Source: Lingula anatina (lineage: Eukaryota; Animalia; Brachiopoda). From it: a DNA stretch of 64,000 nucleotides. Below, in pieces: positions 1-13,600 of the stretch. The stretch is from NCBI GenBank assembly GCA_051362555.1, contig CM120640.1, positions 23,050,225 through 23,114,224 of the forward strand, written 5' to 3'. Position 1 is the stretch's first letter, and every line of letters begins with the position of its first letter. Both the position numbers and the translations under genes were made by a program. The notes under the pieces are model-generated. The model ran no database searches, was not told the DNA's origin, and saw nothing but the letters and a program-made list of their open reading frames with translations.

Positions 1-101
1 ATGGTATGTGATAACTGGGCACGGTGGGTGGGAGAGCCATGATATGGCTGCGTCATCTGGTACGTGGGGGACACCGACGTGACACGCTGATGTAGGTAGT
101 A
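1..101 (-). CDS. Probable further EPS15 exon (phase 0, runs off the window)
   Basis: Minus-strand acceptor tcctgtgtttttgttctag ends at 102, then an open phase-0 frame YYLHQRVTSVSPTYQMTQPYHGSPTHRAQLSHT. Phase matches the EPS15 donor at 4620. GC-rich against its flank, but no recognisable domain. Confidence 0.45.
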
Positions 102-679
102 CTAGAACAAAAACACAGGATGGTGATTTGAAGTAGTTGCTTTGTCTTCAGGTCACCTTTTTTAAAGAAAACACATAACAGTGCAAATCCCTTATTCTGG
201 TCACTTGATCTGCAATACCCAAGGACTGTTGATAACCAGTTCTGAAATAAATATTACTAATCCACTGGCACAGAAATGACAGAGACATTTTCACTTGATT
301 TTAATATAAAAATATGGCTATAAAAAACAATTAAAATTACTTTTTCCATCAAAAATGTCCTTGCTGCCACTCCTTGCACCTTCAGAACCATAGTGCTGCA
401 CATTTTTATTTCATTAGGTTGATGACAACACCAAGGGTAGCTATGTGATGTAACAATGCCCTTCTATGACTACATAAGTGACTGTTGATAAATCATTAAT
501 TGTCCTAAAATTAGGCAAACCGCTTGTGTAACAATGGCAAAGAATCCTACTCATATTACAAAGAGAAAAGACCAAAAATGCCCCATATCCAATTGGTGTA
601 AAAGTAATGGTTGAATCAGCCAGGAGTAATGTCTTCTTATGGTACAAGAGCAAACTTTTGTGAACTTATGCTGAGATAA

Positions 680-1060
680 ACTATTGATGTAATACTATCA
701 TGATCAGCAATTATCCCATAATACAACTGCAATTGTTGATATATAACAATGACATCAAATATCTCAACATCTGGACCCACTGATGTAACAATGCCAACAA
801 TTGTAACCCCATTTGTTGGTGTAACAATGACAACAAACATCCCAAAATACAAATGTAATTGTTGATGTAACAATGACAAAATATATCCCATAATACAAAT
901 GCAATTGTTGATGTAGCTATGACAGCAAATATCCCATAATGCAACTGTAATTGTTGTTGTAACTATGACAGTAAATATCCCATAATGCAACTGTAATTGT
1001 TGATGTAACTATGACAGCAAATATCCCATAATGCAACTGTTATTGTTGATGTAACAATGA
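680..1060. repeat. 46-bp minisatellite, about 7-8 degenerate copies
   Basis: Unit aatgcaactgtaattgttgatgtaactatgacagcaaatatcccat recurs with 46-nt period (cataatgcaa at 981 and 1027) and decays leftwards. Confidence 0.9.
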
Positions 1061-1178
1061 GAGAATAAATGATGACACAACAATGGGTAATGCCACACTA
1101 AATGTTGACAACCAGCAATGTTTCTGAGTACTGGTTTCTGAGCAACACAATAATTTCCCATAATACACCAGTAATTCC

Positions 1179-4100
1179 ATGACAGCAACCATCACATTTG
1201 GCCAATGTGCGACAGTAACTAGTATGACTGGTGTTATAATATTAACAACCACGATTATTCTTGTGTATAACCAGCAAGTAACTGCTTATAGTGCCTGTGA
1301 ATTTGCCAAGGATGCCATGCGAGATGGCAGCACAGGGGAGGCTATTCTTTTGGAAGCTGGACAGACTATACAGCTGTCTTGCAAGCTGTGGTGAGATGGC
1401 TTATGATTTCCTTAGAAAAATTATCAGTAACTATTTTGCTACAAATAAAATAATGACAGGTTTTGTGTTTAGTCCTAAAGATTCCTTAATTTTTTCATTA
1501 AAAAATCGCTACAAAATTAAAAAGTTGATCTACAATGACAGAAATATTCATATCTTTCTAATTAAAAGTTTTGACCTTGTCAACTTATCTTTTTAATAAA
1601 CCTAAACAGTTTTATTCTGAACTTATCTAATTTAATGAAAGAAATTTAGCAATTTTCTACAATCCATATCACTCACAGTGCACTTTTTCCATTAAAAAGG
1701 GGGCATAAAGATATCTACCTCACAAAAATTTGACCCTTTCAAAATAAACAAAAAATCAATATGAAAAAATTATTTTGTAAGCACAAAGACAACTGAGGGT
1801 GTTAAGTGGAAAAGAAGTCTCCTAATTAAACCTCGTGAAGAAACCATCGCCATAGACAAGGACCACTTTTTCCTGTCAGAGGACCAAAACCTGGTGGTAA
1901 GGTCTATTGGTCTGGAAGATGCAGGACAGTACAAATGTCAAAGAGGTAGTATGTTAGAAGCCTCTTATTTCATCGATGTTCTCAAGAATGAAAAAAAGAC
2001 TCGAGTAAGTAATTAAATTTTTTTTCAAATGACAAAAATTTAATGAAAAGACTATGAAATAAATCTATAATTCTAATCAAAACATAAATGCTTTGAGTTC
2101 ATTGAAATTTAATGCAACATTGCTGCTTTCTCTACGCTGGAATAACAGTGAAAATTATCTTAATGGTCAGTATAGAGAAGTCTTTTTAAATTTAGTGATT
2201 TTATAGCAACTTTTTACACCTTCTGGTATAAAATAGCTTAATTGCGGGGCAAAATTATTTTTCTCCTCCTTCCCTTAAACAATAAGGTACAAGATGAAGT
2301 TGAAGGCAACACAAATCCCAAAGAAGACCAAGAATTGCCTGCATTCAACCTGCTGACTTTCACACTGTGGTCTGCATGGAGTCGGTGCAGTAAGTGCGGT
2401 GAGCCAGGGTTCAAGAGGAGAATAGGAATATGTTATGTCAAGGTATGCCTGGCTCATCATAAAAATAAAAAAAATTGAAAAAAAAATTGAAAAAAAGGAC
2501 CGCAAGAACAGCCTTGGAGTACTTTTTTCTATCCGATTTATATTTTAAAGACCTCCTGTCTGAAAAACGGTTGACATAATTCAAACATTGAAAGATATCT
2601 CAAGGTTAAAAAGCCAAAAGTGATAAATGTGAAAGTTTCTGGTTGGCAGGCTGACTTAAATTGACCTTACTGCAGTACCTGCTGAATCTAATGCATGCCT
2701 GACATGCATTGTCAAGATTCATGACTGAGATAGTATAATTTGCTGATTTCAATCCAAATAACTCCATTCAATTCAGTTACATGAACAAAGAGATCTTGTC
2801 TAATCTGTTGCATCAGGAATGCTTCAGTTCCCTTTAGGATAATGACCTTGAAATACTTTTAAGTATTGTTGGGCATTTGACTGGGGCATTTAAGGGAAGA
2901 CCACTTTAAATTCACATATTTTTTAAGCTTATAATTAAAATAATCACCATAAGTTTAAAAGCTACAGCTCTAAATTATCAATATTGCCCTTATATCAATA
3001 TTTTTCTTTTCAATACAGAAACTTGACATAAACAAGCCTGTGCTACCTCAGGAGCCTCCACGGCTAAAATATTACCCAGGTGGGGTCCCATGTCGCTCCT
3101 CCCTGCTGTCTCTGTTCTTACGCAGCCAGCGACAGATCAAAGACAGGCCGAGTGAGATCCTGATCACTTCCTGCCACATCTACTGTCCTACTCTGCCTCC
3201 TTTTAAAACCATCACAGATGAAACGGGCAAAGTGGTTGAGACCATAAACCAAGCTGAGGGGTACTTCTCCCTGAACGACATGCCCACCATCCCCCCACTT
3301 GCCAAAAGAAAGACCATCTATGAATTTATGAAGAGGAATATTATCCTTGATTGTCCACAGTGAGTTTTGTTATAACTCTTATATCAAAGTATTTTTTCTT
3401 TGCAAAAATTCCTTTTTAAAAAATTCCTTTTTTGTTAAATAGACACCCACTGTGATACCTACATTGTGCTGTTTTCATTGTTATATTATATACTAAAGTG
3501 AACCCCAATTCCAGCAAATCATCAGAGGCAAATGTGATAGTAAAATGGCAAAACAACACAGACGAGTATGACCCAACTACTATAAGAAGGCAAACCAGAG
3601 GCAGAGTGAAAATTGATGTTCAAAACAGGCTCCATATAAGAAAACTTCGGCTCACGGATTCCAGTTTATACAGGTAAATATTTGCATTCACCAAGAAAAA
3701 TCAAGCAGGCCTTTTTTTAAAAGAAAATGTAACAGATATAAAATCAATAACAATCTAGAAATAAAATAAGATAATGACAACACAAAATATCAGCAGTATA
3801 CTTCAAATGGAATATCGCTACATACACACTGGGGTAGCGCTAACACTCGCCAATTTAGCCAAATGCTAAAATTGACTTAAATTGGCTTAACAAAAAGGGA
3901 TTGATTTGATTCATTTTAGTCAAGTTAACACCATTTGGAAAACAAATTGACAAAAAAATGATGATTTGGCTTAGTGAAAAAAATTGCTAGCGCCAACCCA
4001 GACACATGTAACCAACTGCAGAAAATCTCTGCTTGTTTTTCAGTTGCTGGGAAAAGGGTCGTTTGGTAGCCGCCATTCGCATAATAGTAAAGGAAAGAGG

Positions 4101-4215
4101 AAACGAAAATCTGAAAGATTATATAGTGTTGGCAGGCTTTGGTTTGGTTGTATTCTCTATAATTGTAATTGGATGTTGTCTCTGTAAGGCCAGAAACCAA
4201 AAGAGACTACGTTAA
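1179..4215 (+). CDS. FAM187A: Ig-like V-type domain protein, FAM187A-like type I membrane protein
   Basis: Exons 1179(or 1224)-1390, 1782-2004, 2287-2442, 3019-3359, 3515-3673, 4044-4215, all phase-compatible. Signal-peptide-like N-terminus; Ig1 (LSC...VKW...EDAGQYKC); WSAWSRCSKCGEPGFKRRIGICY; GVPCRS; Ig2 (LDCP...VKW...IDVQNRLHI...YSCW); TM YIVLAGFGLVVFSIIVIGCCLC; short basic tail. AATAAA at about 4506. Confidence 0.85.
3829..4001. mobile_element. MITE-like non-autonomous DNA element in the last FAM187A intron
   Basis: Imperfect terminal inverted repeats ctggggtagcgctaac / gctagcgccaacccag; acaca on both flanks is a possible target-site duplication. Confidence 0.55.
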
Positions 4216-4620
4216 AGGCAAATAATTGTTTCATATCCTGCTGCACTTATGGTGATTAAGTTGTAATAAGAATGAAGCGACCATTAGGACAAACATGAGA
4301 TATATAAGAGTATCCTGAAAACTGAAGAAAACCTCATATACATGTGAAGATGTCTATATTTGCTGCAGTGCAAACAAACAGGTCTTTCAGTATTAAAGGA
4401 CAAAACTACAAATTAGCTACAATAAACTAGCTAAGCTCTACTAGGACCAAGTGCAGTATTTTCTATAATGTTAATTATGTTTTTATACTTAATTTTCTAT
4501 CATTTAATAAACATGTGGGCAAGGAGTGGTCTACTAAATGCATGGTGCAATGACTTTGTGCTAAATAATATAATATAATACAATACAATACACAAAACAT
4601 ATATATAGGGAAACACTCAC

Positions 4621-7600
4621 CAAACTTCCAGACCTCTCCCTCATGGAAGGTGGGATCATTTCTGGGGCAAGTGTTTGTGGAGGTTCAACACCATTCAGTT
4701 TCTGCTGGATCAAATGCATGGCAAGAGCAAACTGGTCGCTGTTCAATTTCCCTGTCCCTTTAATGTCACATAACGTCCTGGTAATAAAGAAAGCAATCGT
4801 GAAAATGCAAATTGTATTCAATAACCACATAAAGTGACCAATGAACAAGCTTTTCATATTACAATTTTTAAATGTCTCAAAAAAGTACAAATACTGCAAG
4901 TCTGCAAGGAATAACATATGAAAAAAAAGACTAAATTTTGTATGGTCAAATGAAAAATATTAATAATAATCATAAACTGTAGTCTGGATTAATTTCTACA
5001 CTGTATTGCATAAATGTATGAAATTATGACTTTAATATAAGATTACTTGTCAACCAGCTCGTCAATTTGTCAACCACTTTGAAGCCTGAAAAATTAAGCA
5101 CCAGCAGAAATACACCACACAGCAAAATTAAGACATTCACTTCAACTAACACACTCACAAATGAATAACATATGAAACTGGTTACAACTACGGAAATTAA
5201 ACATAAATGAATACTTTTCAACCAGAAGTAAAATCACTCAGGAACCTGAAACATTAAGCACCAGCAGGAAAAAAATCACAAACAGCACAATTATCATTCA
5301 TCTGAACTAACACACTGAGAAAAAAAAAGAAATCGATGCAATTTCATTGTCATCTCAACTAACACAATGTGTTTTCTTACCATATGTGTGCTAAGACCTG
5401 CTGTGACAGCCCACTCTGGATGAAAATATCCCGCACCTCCCCTCCCAGGACAAAGCCATCCATATCCTTATCAGCTGTCTTGAACAGTGCTTCAAATTTA
5501 GCTCTCTCTGCTTGGGGTACGACCCAGGGAAGCTGAGGGCCAGGACTTGTCATCTGAAAGTGGATGTTTGAAGAGAAATTAAAATATTCAATAAATGAAA
5601 ATGAAAAATGCTTGAGAATAATGAACTCTAGCTTATAATTGAATACAAACTTGCATAAAACTTTCAATCCTAATTTGACATGACCATCCAGACTTTTGAA
5701 ATTGATGACAGATTGAAATTTCTTAAAATTGTAGCTGTCATTTTAGCTTTTATAAAAACAATTACCTCTAACCCTTTCAGACCCTTTAAATAACACAACT
5801 TTGTAAAAGAAAACAACATCTTCAAATTCCAAAGAAACCTTGTCTGAGGAGACATTACACCTTACCCCTGAATGTAAGTCTGTAGAAGCTGCAGTGCTTC
5901 CCATGGCTGGACTGGACCTCCCTGGGAGCAGTGTTGGAGCCCCGCCCCCAGACATGCTGGGTAACACGGGGACAGCACCAGGAAGATTGACACCACTGTT
6001 GGCACGGCTACGCCGCTTGGAGGGAGGGACTAGATTTGTGGGAAGAGCTGGTGGGACTGGATCGTTTTCTAGAGCTCGGTACACTAAATGCATTGCCTGA
6101 TTAATGGAAGGTATATGACAGCAGTTCAGAGAATTGTGGATTATAGAGAACAGATGTTTGGGCTTCATGGTAACACATGGTGAGGTTTGGATCCATATTA
6201 CTGACATCAAAAATTTATACAAGCCACTTATAATATATTTGTCTAATATATCAAGAGAAAATCATGACCTTTGTCTCTTTTGGCCTCATTGGTTGTAAAT
6301 ATTTAGATAAAAATTACATGAAAAGCTATTTCAAAGAGTGGAATGCAACAACAATAACATGCTCTATATTTAAAATATCATATATAAGAGAAATCATCAA
6401 TATAATTGGCACAGCTAAAGATGAGTTGAACATTTCTCACAATAGCAAATTCTTCTCTGTCTAACTGTCCATCTTTGTCAATATCACTGAGGTCCCACAC
6501 CCTCCCCAACACATCTACAGGCAGTTTTGAATTTAACAGCATCTGAAAGCAGAGGTATCAATTTCCATTAGCAGTATTCTGCATCATTATATGCAACATG
6601 CAATAAAATTCTTTCTGTGTAAAGTACTTTGGCCTGGTCATACATGGAATTTATCTTGTTTAACAAAGTATGTCTTCATAAACCATGAGTTTCTTCAAGG
6701 TATTTAACTTGAAAAGACAGAAAACTTTGAAAAAATGGGGTCATATATATTACTGTGCCACTGTATTATATGATAAGGGCAGATTTATATGGAAAAGCCC
6801 CAAAAAGTTGCCACATTATAAATATTCAACCATACAGACTTTTTTGTTAATAATCTTTATGTGGAACTGTAGTTCATACAATACAATATAAAATGGTACA
6901 TTGACATTTAAATAAAAGTGAAAGTTTTAACCTTTCCATCATAACAACAGTATTGCATTAAACTTATTCAAATTAGCTTGTTAGCATTTCCACAAACTGA
7001 TTCTAATCAACTAACAAAACATGTGCCTGATTCTTAAACTGATTTCTCTTACTGGTCTGACTTTATCCCCAGAGAGCTTCCCATCAATAGGCTGGAGTCC
7101 ATCAAATATCTGGTCATATTTGGCCTTTTCTGTCGTCTGAGATAGAATGAAAAAGTTTCAAGTAATTGGATATGACCAAATCAATACATTATCTAAATTT
7201 AGAACATGTAATTTCATTTCAGGTGATTATTTCATCCTAAAATGATCCCACATGTGTCTCCTTTAGTGCCATGCCACTTACTGCATTCTGGGTTCCATCA
7301 TACATGGGTGATGGATCCAAACTGCTCATCATCAAAATAATTATTCCAATTAGCAAAACCGGTCACCAGAAATTATAATTATTATCAAGTGATGTCTTTC
7401 CGAATGGATCCAAACAACTGAAAAATGTGATTTTCATGAATTTAACAAATTGTCATTACATCTACTTCCATACTATCAAAAATAGCATTCTTTTCGTACC
7501 ATAATACACCTTATTCACAATTCAAGTCATGGAATATGATGCTTTTTTACACAAATTCCTCAATCAGATATAAACATATGAATGTTTGATACACAAAGTG

Positions 7601-10600
7601 CTGCATTCAAATTACAGAAAATGTACATCCATTAGTCTATACTAACTAACCAAATGACACAGCCATTAACCAATAATTCTCATATTTTAGCAATTCTCCC
7701 CTAAGGATTCCATTTGATATATTGCATCTAATGGAACTCCCTTAGTGCAAGATGTAGATAATAACTAGAAGTCCAACCTAGTACAAAGTTTTACTATTGA
7801 TCAACACAAAAGAATTGAAGCTGACAAGCGGTATCAGCAAAGGTCCTGTAGATCTTAGTCTATAAACAAAGGGCTCCCTCCACAAAAGCATAACATGATG
7901 AGACTGAAAAAAAGATTTTTCAATGAGTCTATACCATGAAGTAGTGCCTTCTCATGACATCTGCAATGACTAACCTAAAAAACATCTGAATATCTTCCTA
8001 CAAGGAAGATGTCCTATGACTGAAAAGATATGAAATGCTGCTCTCTTCATTTTTCAGCCTTTTAATTTTGCCCCTAAAGAAAAAAACTGCCTGTCTCAAC
8101 AATGCTACTTTTTGGGATCTCAATAACTCATTTAAAAATGTCAACATTATATACATTTATTGGGAGACTGTTCATAAAATCATCCAAGATCAATACCACT
8201 GTCACAAAACTGACTCCACATAATCATAAGCTAGCCACATTACGTAAACAGTCAAACTTAAGGGGTTTGATATGTAATAAAGGCCTACATTTGGCAAAAT
8301 CAACCAAAGTCAACCAAACCAAGATCCCTGAATCCAAGTCATCCAACATCCCATGGAATATATGAGAGGCTATCAGCATGAGCCATTGCAAGCCACATAT
8401 GAATAAAGATTGGGGGGGGGGGGGGGGGGGAGATTGATCTACCTGACATTTATAAGAGGGTCTTGGTCACTATACCACCTAGGGGTCAGTGAGTAACCTA
8501 TTAATCTACTAATATCCAGGTTGGCTGTAAGCTAACGCTTTAAAAATATTTTAGCATTTTTTAAAAAATAATTATCACATATAATCTAGTAACCAAGATA
8601 ATGCACATTTTTGCTAAACTAAGTAGGATATTAACATGGAAGTTGGCATGGTTGATGATTAGAATGTGAATTATAATCTGGTACATGCTTCTAATTATAA
8701 TGTTCCATTAAACAAAAACATTATTTTGCCGCTTTGCTGATAAAACCATAAGCCTTTCACAAAAAATTCCCTGGCATCAAATCGTAGAAATCATTGTTTA
8801 AATGGACAATTAAACGTCTTTGATAGCTGTTTGGGTGAGGGAGATCTCTTTGTAAGTGATATCACAATTTACTACCCCAAAAACCCTGCGGTTAATTCAT
8901 CAGCTCGAACAAGCAAATTTGTCTTAATGTATCTTTGATGCAACAGTATAATCTGTCCTTATTGTTCATGGTAAACCCCAGAGTTTAGACTTTTTGAGAC
9001 CCAAGTGCGTACCTTAATAGCCCAGTCTGCTGGAGCTGCACCTAAAGGCTGCATGGCAGGACTTGCTGGTTCTCCCTGGAACATAACATTTGAAATTATT
9101 AGAAATATGTCTAAGTGACAATGAATAATCTTGTATTTTAGTACAACGCTTCGATCATAAACTCTTCCTGGCTATACGACTATACTGTGATGTGCTCAAG
9201 TTATAAGCTCAACTTGGAAAAAAAAAACATAAAAAGGTTCATTAGGTTAAACATATCTGCCAATACATCCTACCTGAATTTAAAGTAAATGTGTAAAAAT
9301 GGCATCAACTAACGAATGGTTATTCATCAGAAACCCTGAGTGTCAGAGAAATGTTACCAGCTGGCTTAACACTAAGAGATATAGACCTCAGCCACTGTCA
9401 CCAGACTGACACCCAGGGTGATCACCAGCTGCAGGTAATTACGTTATTGTGTTTACAGCATACAGATGACTTACAAGAGCTTGAATCAAATCAGGTAAAT
9501 GATTCAATTCCATTTTTTACACACATCAATTATTTATGCATAATATAATGTATACATTATAAAACATGATATAGCCATCTAAATAGTCAATTACCTTATA
9601 ATGTACAACATGTGGTGATCATACAGAAATGGGTAAATATCCATTGTTCATTTGCAATTATTCCACAATATCTTATCTTAATTGTTATCTCATTTAAATA
9701 GATAATAATGATCAATAAATATAAATATTGACCACAAATGAGACATTACTACTATGTTATCATTGACCACTCAAGGAGTATATTCTCACCCTCACCAGCT
9801 ACTATCATTCACATACAAACATACATTATTTTTAATGCATACCACACATTATTTTTCACCTCCCTTAACTACCTATAGTGACCCCTTCCTACTGACACCA
9901 GCATCAATTACCGCTGTACCGTTTATTTGATAACCTTTGACACAGTAATGACAATTGTATATAAAGCAGGATGCCATTGAAATTTTCATCTCTGCTTTAA
10001 ATATGTATCAATTTCAAAACAAATAATTATGTAAAGAACATTCCTGTTCCTTCCCCTTCCTTTCCATTACTAATGTGTTCATTTAATTCACAATCTACGC
10101 CCTTCTCATTTCTTTCTGGTCAGCATTTTTTCTGCATGACCCATAAACAAAATCTGTCAGAAAAATATATTAAAAACTATTGACAACAATCATGCAAACC
10201 TACATAGATGCATTTATATATGTACATACATAAATCATCAAATAAATTTCCAATGAGACACAACCAATCATCAATCTACCTACATATGTACATAAAGCTG
10301 TAAAAGTCACACTTTTTCTGCATTTCTTCATGCTGGCCAGTCAGCAAAGAGCTATGCCCACACATGGAAGAGCAGTCAAAGAGGGAACTGCAACACCACT
10401 TACTAAGCCTGAAACACGACCACTGGAAACTCGGAAGGCGTAGTCAGGTTAATGGTGTGCAGGCTATCATTATTCCAGGCCAAAGGTGGATTCAGTTTTG
10501 TTTCTGGGCAGTTCAAAAACTAACTGCTTCTAATCTTATACTGAAATGCCCATTCATCAAGGTTATTAATTGCTCGCTTTTCAAAAAGGCGAACAAGTTC

Positions 10601-13600
10601 ATTTATCAGTTTGCACATAACTGCTACTCACTTGAAATGGCCACAGGAAACAATTTTTTTTTTGAAAGATAAAGTCTTTACATAATGTGGCTTTGGGCTG
10701 AGTGAATAATTCTTATGACAAACACCCATGAGATCATTTTACTTAAAGTATGTTTATACGCAAAATTATGAGCTGTGAAAACAATCAAAAAGACATTTTC
10801 TACAGGATAAAATTCATAAAGTAAGATTCTAAACTCACAACAGCATTAAGGGCAACTCATTACATTCACTACTGAAAATCTTCTTTTTGTAGCCTAGGAT
10901 TTAATGCAACAACTCTCCATTTCCACAGAAAATTAATACTATCTCTGCAGCTTTAATATCACTTGATAAAAACAGACATCAACTTATTTCGCACTGCTTC
11001 TCCCCTGAGAAAATGCTTCAAAGAAGCACTATTGAGACCACAACACCATGACACCCCAGGGTAAATGAAAGTATTAATCATAATCCTTTACTGCCATGAA
11101 GAAGACTACTAGTATATCACAGATCTACCTGGATCACCTTTATGTGAGAGATGATTAAGAACACACGTTTATGCAATCTTCAGCACTAAGGGATTATTGA
11201 AAATTTTTACTCCATAAATGTATGCTAGATTCTTTGAGGCTAAGCTCACCCGTGCATAAGTTTTTGATTAACATAGTCATGAACTTAATAGGGTTAGACC
11301 AGAATGTAAAAATGTATGACAAACAGACTAACAAAATGAAGATTTTAGACCCAACTTAATGTAAGCCATAACTTAATTTTTGATATGCTGACATGAAGTG
11401 TTAACGTAAAAGGCACCCTTGCAATCTGACATAAATTTTTTTAAAAAGGAAAAAAATGAAAAATTGTACATGCATGCCTCTCTACTACCTTATAGGCTAT
11501 GATAGCCACATGCATCTGCATCAATGTTCAATGACAGTAGAGTTTTTAAACCAATCAACCACCCCCTCACCCCCAATATTCAGCTTCAGGAGACCTGACT
11601 GGATGACATGCTTGAATACTTGGAATAAAGCACCCACTCAATTCATTTTCCATCTAAAATATCTGTATTTTTGAAATACCCCAACTGGTCATTGCACTGC
11701 TATAAATGAAAATGTCTATTCCCAAGGAATACTACTAATTTGCCCTAATTACAACTTTTTGCTTTAAACATTTCATTCATGGTACAAAATTCTAATATAA
11801 AGATGTAAGTACTGATATAGTACTCTAATAATGTTTGCACAGCACTTATCAGTTTGGAAAATCACATATTATATTACTACTGACAATATGAGTTAACATC
11901 CATTTTGAACAAAACAGTCAAGCCACTCCCCCCCAAAAAAAAGTTTGCTTTTTTTAAAAAAAAAGAAAGCTTTCTAAGAAGCGAAAAAGTAGGGTACGTA
12001 CCATTTTGGGGGGTGGCGTATGAGCACCTATGTTGGCCATAGAGACTTCTAATCCATTCTGAGCCATGGCAATGAACTTTAAGGCCACAAAAAATGCATG
12101 CTTGTCCAGGTAACCCTTTCCTGCGGGGTCTGCCAGATCCCAAATCTATAGAGAAAGGAATTTTTTTAAAACTTATGATTTATTTCAGTATTGTTATAAA
12201 TTGGAATGCTTAACATTTTTATACTGAGTAAAAAAGGAAAAAAGTTCATTTTTCAATTTTATAATGCTAGATGCCATATTCAGTAAAGTTAAACTACATT
12301 AAGTTATACACATCTATGCAAATCGCACGGGCAGTTTTAACATGCATCTGTCAATCAGGACTATATTCACCTGTGAGAGTGTTTTTTCTTTAAGTCCAGA
12401 CTTCTTCATAAAATTAGCTGCTTCCATGGCACCAACAGCACCAGTTCCATTACTGTCAGCCTGGGGAAATCAAGAGAAAAAAATTAATATTAGTTACAAT
12501 TTAGGAACTGCACTCGGTGTAATTAGCACATAATCATACTCTATTTACTAACAAATTCATCATCTATTAGCAATTATAGTTCAACTAAAATGTTTTAAAT
12601 ATATGTATGTAGTTAATTACAGATCCCAATTTCATCTTTCTTTATACTGCATTGAAGGTGATTTGTATATTTTCATAAAGTCATACAACTGTTCTGAGGC
12701 AAACTGTATAAGGTCTCAAATAGAAAAATGTACTTGTTAATATTGTTTTATACAAACATACAGTTTTATTACATATTTCTGCAAACAAATGACAAATCAA
12801 ATGCAAGCATCAGTTAAACACTATTGAACATTTGCAAAATATGAAAAATGACAGAGAATCTGTATTCTGCTGAGACATTTACCTTTTAAATGTCAATTCT
12901 CTGTTTGGGTATGTGCACTTTAAATTGGCATGCAAGTGATTTATTGCTTATAAAATATCCTGTTATTATCTGTATATTCAGGATGTAGGTCTTCTTTGTG
13001 GTATAGGTTATACATAACGTGCCAAGAACACGCCAGCCAGCTCTGATGAAGCAATGCCGTCTTCCTCAGTTATACTTCTAAGTAATCCATAAAGATGTGT
13101 GTGACTCACCAAAATTCTTGAATCAATAAGGTGTACTAGTACACAATTTTTACAGGAATTAACAAACACAGGTTTTAGAAAACTTTCCCTTCTTTGGTAG
13201 CTAAGGAAACTAAGTTCAGAGCAAACCGATTTCCCAAGGAAAAAAAAAATTCTGATGCACACAATATAATGACCTTTTTTTCAAAATAGTCTCAAAATAC
13301 TCAATATTTGGTATGATTGCAATATCACTTGGAATGATTGCCATACACTAGATATCAGAGCCTGAGGTCTATTATCTGAACCCCTTACTTTGGCACACAG
13401 AGGACTCCTGCAGCTTGCAAGATGACTGTCCATCAGTCAATTATTCATCATCCATAGCAATAAAACGAGATCGTTTATGGTAGTTTTAAGTAAAATTTCT
13501 GATGAAAGAAGTTGTATCAGTTATAACATTTATAAATAACTTTAAACATAATTCAATGGACCAGCCATTTCAAAGTCAGAAGGGTTTAGAAAAACTAGTA

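Noticed and set aside
637-990. Minus-strand ORFs of 77-117 aa, and a CRISPR-like appearance
   Set aside because: They are translations of the 46-bp minisatellite; there are no unique spacers or cas genes and the context is eukaryotic.
5840-6100. Antisense ORFs over GC-rich exons (also 4643-4837, 40934-41233, 43827-44084, 58933-59322)
   Set aside because: Shadow frames of real exons on the opposite strand.
10364-10672. 102-aa plus-strand ORF, and a strong minus-strand donor (tta/gtaagt near 10403) in an EPS15 intron
   Set aside because: No recognisable domain; candidate microexons are 5 or 19 nt (frameshifting) with no in-frame ATG. It could be a non-coding alternative first exon, but this is unsupported.
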